DNA of 64,000 nt, from positions 32,001 through 96,000 of the forward strand of contig CAWCAG010000009.1 in assembly GCA_963793425.1 (NCBI GenBank), written 5' to 3'. How positions within the stretch are numbered: the first letter of the stretch is position 1; the number at the start of each line of letters is the position of its first letter. Made by a program: the position numbers and the translations under genes. Source of the DNA: an uncultured cyanobacterium. Its GTDB lineage: Bacteria > Cyanobacteriota > Cyanobacteriia > Cyanobacteriales > CAWCAG01. Below are positions 39,285 through 49,963 of this stretch, in pieces. The notes under the pieces were generated by a model. It saw only the letters and a list, made by a program, of their open reading frames with translations, had not been told where the DNA came from and did not search any database.

Positions 39285-39968
39285 ATGGCAGCGTTCACAA
39301 CAGAAAAACAAGCTCTCCATGATATTATCGCTAGATGTTTAGTTGTGAATGGGAGAGGTCAATCTAGCTCAACTCCTTGGAAACTTTTAATTGGATTGGC
39401 AGTAGCAGCCATTTTATCTAGGGGAGTAATAGCACAGTTTCCTCCCCATAATTTTATAGACGAACATGAAGAACACTCGGAAATTATAGAAGAAGAACTG
39501 AACGAAATACCAATGTCTGGAAGATTTACTATTTGTGGATTTGAAGAGCAACTCATTAAACCAGGTAACAATAACATTGATGGAGACTGGAAATTAGAGT
39601 TTAGTGCTGGTGGAGTTACTCATATAGCCAGACTACAAATGGAAGGAGCTTCAGGAGCTATGAGAGTTATCTTCCCTAATGGTAGTGTGGATCAAACAAT
39701 GCAACTCTACAATTCATCCAAAGGAATAGTTTTGCTAGGCTTTTATCCTGTTGATCCTAATACTGGAGAGTCTGTTCCTTCTTACAAAGCCGATAATTTT
39801 CTAATTAGACAGGAAATTGACAGCTCATGGACAATTGTAAACTGCGATGATGGTGGCAATACTTCCCCCTTGCTACAACTCTCTCTTCTGGGAATGCGAT
39901 CGCTCAAAACGAATTCTGTCGCGGCAACGAAGTCCTCACAGCAAGCTATTGTGCTGGGGATAACTTAG
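39285..39968 (+). CDS. Hypothetical exported protein, probably chimeric at its 3' end
   Basis: Signal-like segment ending VIAQ, beta-rich body; 3' end overlaps a CAP-domain fragment in another frame. Confidence 0.45.
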   Translation: MAAFTTEKQALHDIIARCLVVNGRGQSSSTPWKLLIGLAVAAILSRGVIAQFPPHNFIDEHEEHSEIIEEELNEIPMSGRFTICGFEEQLIKPGNNNIDGDWKLEFSAGGVTHIARLQMEGASGAMRVIFPNGSVDQTMQLYNSSKGIVLLGFYPVDPNTGESVPSYKADNFLIRQEIDSSWTIVNCDDGGNTSPLLQLSLLGMRSLKTNSVAATKSSQQAIVLGIT

Positions 39969-40114
39969 AATCAGAAGAAGCTAAACTCTATGAATTAGTC
40001 AACCAATATCGCGCTCAAAATGGTTTACCAGCCATACCCCTTTCCCCTTCCTTAACTTTAGTAGCTAATCGCCATGTCCTAGATTTAGAGCAAAATATTG
40101 GTTATTTAAATTAA
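39860..40114 (+). pseudogene. CAP/SCP-domain protein fragment
   Basis: Translates as ...NAIAQNEFC...EEAKLYELVNQYRAQNGLPAIPLSPSLTLVANRHVLDL..* with no clear start and an early stop. Confidence 0.65.
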
Positions 40115-40210
40115 ACTTAACAGGAAAGTAGATAAATTGGTTTGTATGGTTGCTTGGGTTGAGAAACCTGTAAGATTTGATAATTCAGCAACATCTGCAA
40201 TTCCCTCTTT

Positions 40211-40636
40211 ATGAGAAAATCTACTCGTAGCTACTTCGTCAAATTCCTGGTATTACTCACTTCCTTAATAGTCTTGCTAACTTACTCTCTTCCCGCCCAA
40301 GCAAACACCATTGCTGATTCTCAATTAGAACAACAAGTCCTAGAAATTATCCGTAACAACCCAGAGGTGATTATTGAATCAGTCCAAACCTACCAACAGC
40401 AACAGCTTAAACAACAATAACAACAACAGCAAGCATTTTTGCAGCAAATAACAGCTAATCCTCAGTTAGCTATCGGTACTTCTCCGACTAAAGGGGCAAC
40501 CCAAGCAAAGGTAGTGCTGTTGGAGTTTTCAGACTTCCAATGTCCCTTTTGTGCTGAAGCTAGTAAAACTATCAAACAGTTTATAACAAACCATCAAGAT
40601 ATCGTCATTCTAGTGCTGTACCTCTCAATGAATTAG
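40211..40636 (+). pseudogene. DsbA-family oxidoreductase pseudogene
   Basis: QVLEIIRNNPEVIIES and EFSDFQCPFC lie in one frame split by CAA>TAA in a poly-Q run (40418-40420); C-terminal half absent. Confidence 0.8.
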
Positions 40637-40976
40637 ACGCAATTCTAGCAAGAGTTCGTTCAAAGTAAGTGAGAAATCAACTGCTCCCTTGCCAAAGATT
40701 AAGAACAAATTTGATTTTTATTGAGTATTTAATCATGTTGAAACTAAAACTAAGTGGGATCGCCTTTGCTACCATCTTTTTTCCCATAACTGCGATGCCT
40801 TCGGCGGGCTTTGCCTACGCCTATCATCCTTCACCACAAAACAACAGTTCTACTCAAGAAGATATTTTACTTTGTTTAACTATGCTGAAACTATCATCAA
40901 AGGCGATCGCCCTTACTAAAATTGTCTTTTCTCGGAAGCGCGATCGCCAGTCAAAATTATCTAATTCCAGCTTTTG

Positions 40977-41900
40977 TTATGACTCCTTACTCAAAGAAAC
41001 TGTTGTAATCCAATCTTGATACTGTGAATCTTGATTTTCTGTAATCGCTGTCAACTTATCTCGCAACCTTTCCGCTAGGGGCTTAGCTTCCGGTAAGTGA
41101 TAAGTTTCAATACGGTTAACGGGGGTTATTTTCGCTGCTGTGCCGCAGAGAAATACTTCATCGGCAATGAGTAATTCTGACTTATCAACGGCTCTTTCTC
41201 TAACCGTAAGACCTAAATCTTGAGCAATAGTAATAATGCTATCCCGCGTAATTCCTTCGAGGATATCTTGATCTAAACTAGGGGTGATAATTTGCTCGTT
41301 TCTAACTAAGAAAATGTTCATCCCGGAAGCTTCACAAACTTTCCCTTGAGAGTTCATTAAAATCGCTTCATCAAAACCAGATTCTACGGCCTCTGTCTTC
41401 GCTAGGGAAGAAGTAATATAAGCAGCGCTAATTTTGCCCCGCAGAGGAAAACTACGGTCTTCTTGGCGATACCAGGAACTAATACGACAATTTACCCCTC
41501 CTGGAGATAGGTAATCTCCTAACTCTAAACCATAAACAAAGAAGTCTTTTTCAATTTGATGGAGTCGAGGTGAAATTCCTAAACCGGAAGTATAAACCAA
41601 AGGTCGAATATAAAAGTTGTTTTGTGGTTGATTTTTCTTGATAAAATCAATAATAATTGATTCAATTTTATCAGCAGGTAAATCGTAATTTAAAAACTTA
41701 GCGCTATTGCTTAATCTTTGGCAGTGACGATCTAATCTAAATAAAAGAACTTCCTGAGAATTGCTCTGATTAATGATGCCACGCATTCCTCCGAAAGCTC
41801 CTGTACCATAATGTAGGGCATGAGTAGCTATGGATAGCTGTGCTTCCGGGAAAGGTAGAAACTTGTTTTGAAAGTAAGCAATAGGTAGGAAATTATGCAT
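40977..41900 (-). CDS. ilvE: Branched-chain amino acid aminotransferase
   Basis: THALHYGTGAFGG, YIRP, EASGMN, ILEGITRDS, EVFLCGTAA. Confidence 0.93.
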   Translation of the reverse strand: MHNFLPIAYFQNKFLPFPEAQLSIATHALHYGTGAFGGMRGIINQSNSQEVLLFRLDRHCQRLSNSAKFLNYDLPADKIESIIIDFIKKNQPQNNFYIRPLVYTSGLGISPRLHQIEKDFFVYGLELGDYLSPGGVNCRISSWYRQEDRSFPLRGKISAAYITSSLAKTEAVESGFDEAILMNSQGKVCEASGMNIFLVRNEQIITPSLDQDILEGITRDSIITIAQDLGLTVRERAVDKSELLIADEVFLCGTAAKITPVNRIETYHLPEAKPLAERLRDKLTAITENQDSQYQDWITTVSLSKES

Positions 41901-42126
41901 AGTATTTTTTGATAAAATGTAGGAGCGCTCAACAAATATAAGCTAGCTGTGGTAGTTAGTCAAAAATGTCATAACTTGGTATATCTGCGATCGCAGAGTT
42001 AGAGAGTATTTCATTCCTCTGGTGAAAATCATTCCTGCTCTCAACTCTAAGTTAGGTTAATCTAAATTTATAGAGTTTCAACTTAGTGATGGAAATTTCT
42101 AGGAAATCCTTTACCTGAATCAGATT

Positions 42127-43644
42127 ATGAAGCAGCCCTATTTTGATATAATTGTTATTGGCGGTGGTATTAATGGCGCAGGTATTGCCCGTGATGCTCA
42201 GGGCAGAGGACTATCTGTTTACCTCTGTGAAAAAGACGACCTTGCCAGCGCCACCTCTTCAGCAAGTAGCAAACTGATTCACGGTGGGCTACGTTATCTT
42301 GAGTATTACGAATTTTCTTTGGTGCGTAAGGCCCTGAAAGAAAGAGAAGTATTGTTAGCAATGGCCCCTCATATTATTTGGCCACTCCGATTTATCTTAC
42401 CCCATAATCAACATCAACGCCCAGCTTGGCTGATTCGCCTCGGCTTATTCCTTTACGACCATTTAGCAAAGCGTAAAGTTCTATCTGGTTCAAAACAAGT
42501 CAACTTACATAAGCATACTGCTGGCAATCCCTTACAAGATAAACATAAAATTGCTTTTGCCTATTCTGACTGTTGGGTTCAGGATGCACGTCTCACAGTA
42601 CTTAATGCCGTCGATGCCCAAAATCGCGGGGCGACTATTGAAACTCGTACAGAATGTCTTAAAGCACAACGTGTCAATGATCTTTGGGAAGTTACCGTCC
42701 GGGATACAGAAACTGGACAAGAAAAAGTTCTCTTAAGCAAGGCTATAGTCAACGCTACTGGACCTTGGGTTGCTAGCCTGATGGATGAGAAAAAGATCGC
42801 CGTTGAGAATACAAAACAACTGCGTTTAGTCAAAGGAAGCCATATTGTCACCAAAAAACTCTTTGACCACAACTATTGCTATATTTTTCAGAATGATGAT
42901 GGTCGAATTGTTTTCGCCATTCCTTATGAAAGCGATTATACCTTAATCGGAACCACAGAAGTTGATTACCAGGATGATCCAGGAAAAGCAACACCAAACG
43001 ATGCAGAAAAAGCTTATTTGTGCGAAGTGAGTAACGACTATTTCCAAACCTCTATTACTCCCCAAGACATTATCTGGTCTTATGCTGGTGTACGTCCCCT
43101 TTTTGATGATGCGGTTGATGATGCTTCGGCAGCAACACGAGACTATGTATTTGATATCCAAGATGTAGACGGGAAAGCGCCAATTTTGTCAATTTTTGGT
43201 GGCAAAATCACCACTTTCCGTAGACTCGCAGAAAGTGCGGTTGAGCAATTATCTGCTTACTTTGATCATCCTGCCAAAAACTGGACAGCAACGGCCCCTC
43301 TTCCAGGAGGCGATCTTGATGGACTTTCTTTTGATGCTTTTGTTGAGGCTAAACAAAGTCAGTATTCCTGGGCATCCCCCAAGATGATTTATCGGCTATG
43401 TCGAGAATACGGTAGTTGTATCGATTCTTTGTTAGCAGGATGTAGCAGTGTATCTGAGTTGGGTGAACATTTTGGCCACAACTTCTATGAGGCAGAAGCA
43501 AATTATTTGGCAACTTATGAATTTGCTAAAACAGCAGATGATATTTTGTGGCGACGTTCAAAACTTGGTTTACATTTGACGATTCAGGAGAGGGAAAGAT
43601 TTAGGAGTATGTTTGAAAAGGAGTTAGCAAAAAGTGAGCAATGA
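42127..43644 (+). CDS. glpD: FAD-dependent aerobic glycerol-3-phosphate dehydrogenase
   Basis: IGGGINGAGIARDAQGRG, ATSSASSKLIHGGLRYLE, GGKITTFR, DILWRRSKLG. Confidence 0.93.
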   Translation: MKQPYFDIIVIGGGINGAGIARDAQGRGLSVYLCEKDDLASATSSASSKLIHGGLRYLEYYEFSLVRKALKEREVLLAMAPHIIWPLRFILPHNQHQRPAWLIRLGLFLYDHLAKRKVLSGSKQVNLHKHTAGNPLQDKHKIAFAYSDCWVQDARLTVLNAVDAQNRGATIETRTECLKAQRVNDLWEVTVRDTETGQEKVLLSKAIVNATGPWVASLMDEKKIAVENTKQLRLVKGSHIVTKKLFDHNYCYIFQNDDGRIVFAIPYESDYTLIGTTEVDYQDDPGKATPNDAEKAYLCEVSNDYFQTSITPQDIIWSYAGVRPLFDDAVDDASAATRDYVFDIQDVDGKAPILSIFGGKITTFRRLAESAVEQLSAYFDHPAKNWTATAPLPGGDLDGLSFDAFVEAKQSQYSWASPKMIYRLCREYGSCIDSLLAGCSSVSELGEHFGHNFYEAEANYLATYEFAKTADDILWRRSKLGLHLTIQERERFRSMFEKELAKSEQ

Positions 43645-43648
43645 GAAA

Positions 43649-43774
43649 TACAGCAATTCTTAGTAAGCGTGAGGTACAGCCTAGATTCTGGTTTTTGCTA
43701 ATAGCTAGTTGCTGGTTGCTAGTTGAAACATGGAAATAGAGCAAATGTACCTCATCAGTCCGAGAAAGGCTATA
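43649..43774 (-). mobile_element. MITE copy, same family as 38978-39072
   Basis: TACAGC...TGAGGTACAG and TGTACCTCA...GCTATA arms with internal heptamers. Confidence 0.8.
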
Positions 43775-43873
43775 CATAAAAGAGCGGGCATTATAATAAT
43801 GAAAATGATAATGTAATTATATTTCGATATTTTGTAGAGTTATTCATAAAATATTAGTAATATAGATACTGCT

Positions 43874-44212
43874 CTAAGAATTGCCAATTTCTACAATAAT
43901 TTCTCCTTGACGCAGTTGTTCTAAAGCTTCAGAAAAAGTAGTAGTCAGTATATTTCTAAGATTGCGATTTGTGACGTTACCACAGGTTATCCACAGAATT
44001 TGAGGAGGCGCTCCCAATCTACACACTAAATCAATAAAATCACTATCTTTTGTCATAATTACAGCATTCTCGTCTCGTGCTGCTTCAAAGATTTCCATAT
44101 CTTGAGCATCTCGTAGTCCCAATTCCTGCAATGTCATGGCTTCTATGCTAAAAGTTTCCCTAAGCCATTGTGCTAGTGTTGGAGGTAATTGAGCATTAAT
44201 CCAAATTTTCAT
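43874..44212 (-). CDS. DUF5615 PIN-like toxin
   Basis: MKIWINAQLPP, GLRDAQD.EIF, IMTKDSDF, GNVTN; overlaps the DUF433 gene. Confidence 0.85.
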   Translation of the reverse strand: MKIWINAQLPPTLAQWLRETFSIEAMTLQELGLRDAQDMEIFEAARDENAVIMTKDSDFIDLVCRLGAPPQILWITCGNVTNRNLRNILTTTFSEALEQLRQGEIIVEIGNS

Positions 44213-44448
44213 GCTGTTAGCCTGGGAAAATCAGTGCGTCGTGCAGCAAAAAGTAGACAAGCCTGAACATCAGCTAATTCTAAATCAGGAAAGTCTTCTA
44301 AAATTTCAGTAACATTGACATTCTCAGCCAACATTTCCAAAATATCAGTAACTCGGATTCGCATTCCCCTAATGCAGGGACGACCACCACACTGACCAGG
44401 TACTTGGGTGATACGATTTAACAGGCTATTCTGGGAATTTGTGGGCAT
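44209..44448 (-). CDS. DUF433-family antitoxin
   Basis: RITQVPGQCGGRPCIRGMRIRV...EILEDFPDL. Confidence 0.9.
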   Translation of the reverse strand: MPTNSQNSLLNRITQVPGQCGGRPCIRGMRIRVTDILEMLAENVNVTEILEDFPDLELADVQACLLFAARRTDFPRLTA

Positions 44449-44562
44449 ATTTATAAGTAGCTTGATTGTTTTCCTATTTTATCGACTAATTCAGTGCAGA
44501 TAAAAGGTTTAGCAATACAAGATAAGTAGCAAAGTCATGCTGGAAGCTAATAAGCTTCAAGG

Positions 44563-46704
44563 TTACTCTTTCTCTTCCTTCTTCAACCTCCGCCACCAAG
44601 CCCTAACCAAACTAATCTCCTCATAAGAATAAAAATCTCCAATCGACTCCCGAATTGCTTTTAACGAATCTCCCCCCACCTTTTCAAGCGCAGCTATAAT
44701 CACTTCTTGCTTCTCTTTAACTACCAAACGCTCTAATTCTACAGGCTGATTTAACTCAATTAACTCGCATAAATGATTGACAATTGTTCGGGGAGTAAAA
44801 CCTCTTTTTTTTGCTATTTCTTCTACATCCAAACCCTGTTGAAACAACCCGAATGTATTCATTTGCGTATTGTTGGGCAGGGCTTCCGGGGGTTGCTGTT
44901 CCTGACAAAAGGCGCGAATCTCAGAAACAAAGCGATCGCCATATTGCTTCAGTTTATAATCCCCGACTCCAGAAATGTTGCTAAAAGCTGGTAAGGATTG
45001 AGGTTGCTTTTGCGCCATTAATTTTAAGGTAGAATCACCGAAAACTACATAGGGAGCAACACCTTGTTGATCAGCAGTTTGTTTCCTCAATCTCCGCAAA
45101 CGCTCAAATAGTAACTCTGCTTCCATTGTCCTAGGATTAGCATCTGCAAGCTCTTTGGAGGCTGGCTTTTTGGTAATTGCAATGTTCACCTCACGTTGAC
45201 TCCGCAACACCTCCCAACTACGCTTATTCAACTTGAGGATGCGATACCCATCGGTGGTTTGGTTAACTAGGCCCTGATGAAGGAGCGATCGCGCTAACAT
45301 TTTCCAAGCATCAGCAGTTTTATCTTTACCGATACCATAAGTAGAAAGGAGGTGATGCCCATATTGTTGCACCTTTTGTTTCCTTGAACCCCGCAACACA
45401 TCAATAATGTGGTTTGTACCAAACTTTTCTCGACATCGGGCTACACAGGAAAGAAACTTTTGTGCTTCAATTGTCCAATCTTCAATAGGCTTAGGGTTGC
45501 GGCAATTATCGCAGTTGTCGCAGTTGCCTTTGAATCTTTCTCCAAAGTAACCTAAAACAATAGTGCGGCGACAGTCTGTACCTTCGGCGTAATCAATGAT
45601 TTGAGCGAGTTGTTGACGCGATACTCTTTGTTCATTGGGGTCTGGTTTTTGAGCAATGAGGTAATCGATTCTGGGGATATCTCCCGCGCTGTAGAAAAAG
45701 AGACAATCTGCCGGTTCCCCATCCCTGCCTGCCCGGCCGGATTCTTGATAATAACCTTCTAAATTCCTGGGCAGATCGTAGTGGATCACAAACCGCACAT
45801 CTGGTTTGTCAATGCCCATACCAAAAGCAATAGTTGCTACCATTATTCTTACATCGTCCCGAATAAAGCGAGTTTGGTTCATTGCCCGCGCCTCACTTTG
45901 CATTCCTGCATGGTAAGGTAGTGCTTTAATGCCATCACTTTGTAAACGGTTTGCAGTTTCTTCTACCTGACGACGACTAAGACAATAAATAATTCCTGAA
46001 CCTTGGCGATCCCGTACTGCTTTCAATAGTTGCCCATAGCTGTTGCGTTGCTTTTGTTGTACTTCATAGTAAAGATTTGGGCGATCAAAACTGGCTAAAT
46101 GAATGCTAGGCTCTTTTAAACCAAGCTGTTGGACAATATCTTCCTTAACTCGCTTTGTTGCTGTAGCAGTGAGGGCAATGACGGGAATGCGTGGGTAACG
46201 CTTCCTCAAAAGCCTAAGCTGACGGTATTCTGGGCGAAAATCATGACCCCACTCCGAAACGCAATGAGCCTCATCAATGGCAAACGCAGAGATACCTAAT
46301 TGCATAGATACTAAATCTAAAAAAGGCAGAAATCTTTCCCCCAACAATCTTTCAGGGGCGACATAAAGTAATTTCACCTTTCCTGCCAAAATTTCCTGTT
46401 CTCGCTCTCGTATTTCCCGACCTTTCAAACTACTATTAAGAAAGGTTGCCCCAATGCCATTATCATACAAAGTATCTACTTGGTCTTGCATCAAAGCAAT
46501 CAGGGGAGAAACCACCACCGTTAAACCAGGTTTTAATAGGGCAGGTAACTGGAAACAGAGAGACTTTCCCCCTCCTGTAGGCATAATCACCAGTAAATCC
46601 TTATTTTGCAACGCTTCTTCAACAATTTGACGTTGCCCAGGGCGAAAATTATCGTAACCGAAGTAATGTTTAAGTTCTTGCTCCAGAGATTGCAACTGGT
46701 ACAT
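44563..46704 (-). CDS. recQ: ATP-dependent DNA helicase RecQ
   Basis: [38 protein letters not shown] zinc site, HRDC domain. Confidence 0.96.
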   Translation of the reverse strand: MYQLQSLEQELKHYFGYDNFRPGQRQIVEEALQNKDLLVIMPTGGGKSLCFQLPALLKPGLTVVVSPLIALMQDQVDTLYDNGIGATFLNSSLKGREIREREQEILAGKVKLLYVAPERLLGERFLPFLDLVSMQLGISAFAIDEAHCVSEWGHDFRPEYRQLRLLRKRYPRIPVIALTATATKRVKEDIVQQLGLKEPSIHLASFDRPNLYYEVQQKQRNSYGQLLKAVRDRQGSGIIYCLSRRQVEETANRLQSDGIKALPYHAGMQSEARAMNQTRFIRDDVRIMVATIAFGMGIDKPDVRFVIHYDLPRNLEGYYQESGRAGRDGEPADCLFFYSAGDIPRIDYLIAQKPDPNEQRVSRQQLAQIIDYAEGTDCRRTIVLGYFGERFKGNCDNCDNCRNPKPIEDWTIEAQKFLSCVARCREKFGTNHIIDVLRGSRKQKVQQYGHHLLSTYGIGKDKTADAWKMLARSLLHQGLVNQTTDGYRILKLNKRSWEVLRSQREVNIAITKKPASKELADANPRTMEAELLFERLRRLRKQTADQQGVAPYVVFGDSTLKLMAQKQPQSLPAFSNISGVGDYKLKQYGDRFVSEIRAFCQEQQPPEALPNNTQMNTFGLFQQGLDVEEIAKKRGFTPRTIVNHLCELIELNQPVELERLVVKEKQEVIIAALEKVGGDSLKAIRESIGDFYSYEEISLVRAWWRRLKKEEKE

Positions 46705-46774
46705 AGGAGATTTGTGCTCTGATGATCTGGAGTTATTTTACCAAGAAAAAATGCCTTTAGGACTTAAATAGTAC

Positions 46775-47236
46775 CTATTGCTGCTTAGCTTTCTTTTCTA
46801 AATACTGTTGATGATAATCTTCAGCAAGATAAAATTGACAAGCAGGTTTTATTTCTGTCACAATTTTGTTTTGATATTTACCGGACTTCTCTAATTCTGC
46901 TTTAGAAGCTAGAGCAGTAGTTTCTTGTTCGTGATTGTGGTAAAAAATTACTGAACGGTATTGTTCTCCCCGATCTGCTCCCTGGCGATTTAAGGTAGTG
47001 GGATCGTGGATTTGCCAAAAAATGTTGAGCAATTCTGTATAACTAATTTCTTGGCAATTATATTCTATTTGTACAGCTTCTGCATGGCCTGTAATTCTCG
47101 CACAGACATCAAGATATATAGGGTTTTCAAAATGTCCTCCGGTATAACCAACAGTGGTATAAATAACTCCTTTAACTTGACGAAATTTGTCTTCAACTCC
47201 CCAAAAACAACCGGCGGCAAATGTAGCTTTGTCCAT
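46775..47236 (-). CDS. msrA: Peptide-methionine (S)-S-oxide reductase
   Basis: AAGCFWGVE, GHAEAV, HDPT, AEDYHQQY. Confidence 0.95.
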   Translation of the reverse strand: MDKATFAAGCFWGVEDKFRQVKGVIYTTVGYTGGHFENPIYLDVCARITGHAEAVQIEYNCQEISYTELLNIFWQIHDPTTLNRQGADRGEQYRSVIFYHNHEQETTALASKAELEKSGKYQNKIVTEIKPACQFYLAEDYHQQYLEKKAKQQ

Positions 47237-47273
47237 AAAAGCTCCTAAATTAATTGGTAGAACCTATTTTAAT

Positions 47274-48548
47274 TCACAAGCAATTAAACAAAGTTGACAA
47301 AACTGTATTAGAAAACAAAAAACCTTCAGGATCACTCAAACACAAATATCCAAAATCTGGTAAACTCTCCCTATTTTTCATCTCAATTTTCTGACCATTA
47401 TCTCCTCTTACTTCCACCCAGCCGCAACTATAATAATCCCGTAAGCAAGAATGTAACTTAAGCAAAACTTCCTTCCCAAACTGCTGGCGAATATTAATTA
47501 AACTTACCCCTTCTTTAAGACGCAAACCTAACATCAAAGTCTCTAAAAGAACATCTTCCGGGCAGGTTTGAGGACAATCAATTATTCCTCCTCCATCTAG
47601 CCAATCATAATATTCTCTTCTGGTACGAGGGCGAGTAAATCTTTGAGAGGTAACATAACTCGCTGCCCCCATACCAAAACCGTAGTAGGGTTGATTTTGC
47701 CAATAAACTTGGTTGTGACGACATTGAAATCCTGGTTTAGCATAGTTAGAGATTTCATAATGCAGATATCCGGCACTACCCAGAACTTCCTGTGCCAAAC
47801 GATACATCATTGCTGTGGTTTCATCATTTGGTAAAGGTTTAACCCCTGGTTGATACTGTTTACCAAAAGCTGTTACGGTTTCCAACACCAAATCGTAGCA
47901 GGAGAGATGATTCGGTGCTAAATCTACTGCTGCGGTTAAAGAAGCTTGCCACTGACTCAAACTTTGATGGGGTAAACCGGAAATTAAATCTAAACTAAGG
48001 TTGGCTATCCCCCCTTGTCGAATCAACTCCACCGCTGTGAAAATATCAGTAGTGGAATGCGATCGCCCGCAAGTTGTTAAAAGTTCATCTTGAAAAGCTT
48101 GTACTCCTAAACTAACGCGGTTAATTCCTGCTTGTTTATAACCTTGGATTTTTTCTAAGGTAAAAGTTCCCGGATCGACTTCTATGGAGATTTCTGCAGC
48201 TTGAGCAATCCCAAAATGTTGCTCCAAAACCTGCAAAATAGCCCCAAGCTGTTCTACAGCTAGTAAAGAAGGAGTTCCCCCGCCAAAAAAGACTGTTTGC
48301 AACTTTTCTGGCCCCACTTTGGGTGTTGCCCTAATTTCCTGGTTAAGCTTACTAACGTAGCGTTCAATAGAATTGCGAGGATTATTAGTCACAGAATCCC
48401 CTAAAACGGCTACAGGAAAATCGCAATAGTAACAACGGCGGCGACAAAAGGGAATATGAATATAGGCAGAAGTAGGGATAATTGTGGTAGCGAGTTGCTT
48501 AGGTTTCTGGGCAAAATCTCCTTCTTTTACTGGCATGAAGGTTAGCAA
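47274..48548 (-). CDS. hemW: Radical SAM heme chaperone HemW (HemN-like)
   Basis: YIHIPFCRRRCYYCDF, FFGGGTPS, HYEISNY, HNQVYW; start uncertain. Confidence 0.88.
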   Translation of the reverse strand: MLTFMPVKEGDFAQKPKQLATTIIPTSAYIHIPFCRRRCYYCDFPVAVLGDSVTNNPRNSIERYVSKLNQEIRATPKVGPEKLQTVFFGGGTPSLLAVEQLGAILQVLEQHFGIAQAAEISIEVDPGTFTLEKIQGYKQAGINRVSLGVQAFQDELLTTCGRSHSTTDIFTAVELIRQGGIANLSLDLISGLPHQSLSQWQASLTAAVDLAPNHLSCYDLVLETVTAFGKQYQPGVKPLPNDETTAMMYRLAQEVLGSAGYLHYEISNYAKPGFQCRHNQVYWQNQPYYGFGMGAASYVTSQRFTRPRTRREYYDWLDGGGIIDCPQTCPEDVLLETLMLGLRLKEGVSLINIRQQFGKEVLLKLHSCLRDYYSCGWVEVRGDNGQKIEMKNRESLPDFGYLCLSDPEGFLFSNTVLSTLFNCL

Positions 48549-48872
48549 TCCTTAATTCAAAGTTAATAGTTGTTAATTTACTTAATTTTCTGCAATTCTT
48601 GAAGCAGCCACTTTACTTACTTGCTAACTAAGAAAGAGATTTTTAGTTAAGAAGATGAAAAAGCCCCATCTTTGCTCTTGGTAAGGCATTACCCGATTAT
48701 CCTTAAGCATAAATTCGAGTGGCTAGTTGAGATCGTTTTCTACATGAGAACTATTATCTGCGTGAAGTTCCTGACATTATTAGGAACAAGGACAAAGATA
48801 TAATAAATTAAGGGCATTTGATCTCGCTTTTATCGCATTTCAGCAACAGAAATTGCTCTTACTTTTTATTGG

Positions 48873-49961
48873 ATGAGAAAGATGCTTGATGCTGTCATCA
48901 TATTATTATTCATTTTCGCTGCTGCTGGCATTGGTTTCTCTGGTGTAGAACTGTTGCCGGTAAGAGTGTTAGACCAAGTTACCAACGTTGAAGCCTTACG
49001 ATGGGTAACAGCCGGTTTTGCTGCCTTGGTTGGGTTAGCAACAGGCTTAGCGGCTCAAACTACCTACCGCCGCGTAGAAAGCCGAGTTAGAAGACTGCCT
49101 ATTGAGGTTATCTTCACCCGCGCCATTGGTTTAGCCATCGGCTTATTGTTAGCTAACTTGATGCTAGCTCCTATTTTCTTGCTTCCTATACCAGAAAAGC
49201 TAGCTTTTGTCAAACCAGCTCTAGCTATTTTAGGGAGTATTGTGTTTGCCTTTTTAGGAATTGGCCTAGCCGACACCCACGGCCGTAATTTTCTGAGATT
49301 GATTAACCCCAACAATGTCGAAAGTATCTTAGTTGCCGAAGGCACTCTCAAATCCGCCACATCTAAAGTTGTAGACACAAGCTGCATCATCGATGGACGT
49401 ATTGAAGAATTATTAAACACAGGTTTCATCGAAGGTCAAATCCTCATTCCTCAATTTGTTTTACAGGAATTACAACAATTAGCTGATGCTGCTAATGACC
49501 AAAAACGTATTCGCGGCAGACGAGGACTAGATATCCTCAACCGAATGCAGGAAGCCTATCCAGAAAGACTGATCGTTAATTCTGCTGATTATGATGATCT
49601 GACGACAGTAGATGCTAAATTAGTACGCTTTGCCCAGGAAATTAATAGTACCCTGTTAACCAACGATTACAACTTAAGCAAAGTAGCCAACCTGCAAAAA
49701 GTTCCGGTACTCAATATCAATGATTTAGCTAAAGCTATACGTCCCATTTACTTACCAGGAGATAGCTTAGAACTGAAAATTATCAAAAAAGGCAAAGAAC
49801 CAACCCAAGGAGTTGGTTACTTGGAAGATGGAACCATGGTAGTAGTAGAAGAAGGAAAAAGTTACTTAGGAGATGAACTCCAAGTTATCGTCACCTCAGC
49901 CCTGCAAACCTCTGCGGGGAGAATGATTTTCGCTAAACCAGAAACTTCAGTAGTAGCTTAA
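48873..49961 (+). CDS. PIN/TRAM domain membrane protein (YacL-like)
   Basis: TM helices, VDTSCIIDGR, RGRRGLDIL, TNDYNL, QGVGYLEDGTMVVVE. Confidence 0.9.
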   Translation: MRKMLDAVIILLFIFAAAGIGFSGVELLPVRVLDQVTNVEALRWVTAGFAALVGLATGLAAQTTYRRVESRVRRLPIEVIFTRAIGLAIGLLLANLMLAPIFLLPIPEKLAFVKPALAILGSIVFAFLGIGLADTHGRNFLRLINPNNVESILVAEGTLKSATSKVVDTSCIIDGRIEELLNTGFIEGQILIPQFVLQELQQLADAANDQKRIRGRRGLDILNRMQEAYPERLIVNSADYDDLTTVDAKLVRFAQEINSTLLTNDYNLSKVANLQKVPVLNINDLAKAIRPIYLPGDSLELKIIKKGKEPTQGVGYLEDGTMVVVEEGKSYLGDELQVIVTSALQTSAGRMIFAKPETSVVA

Positions 49962-49963
49962 GA

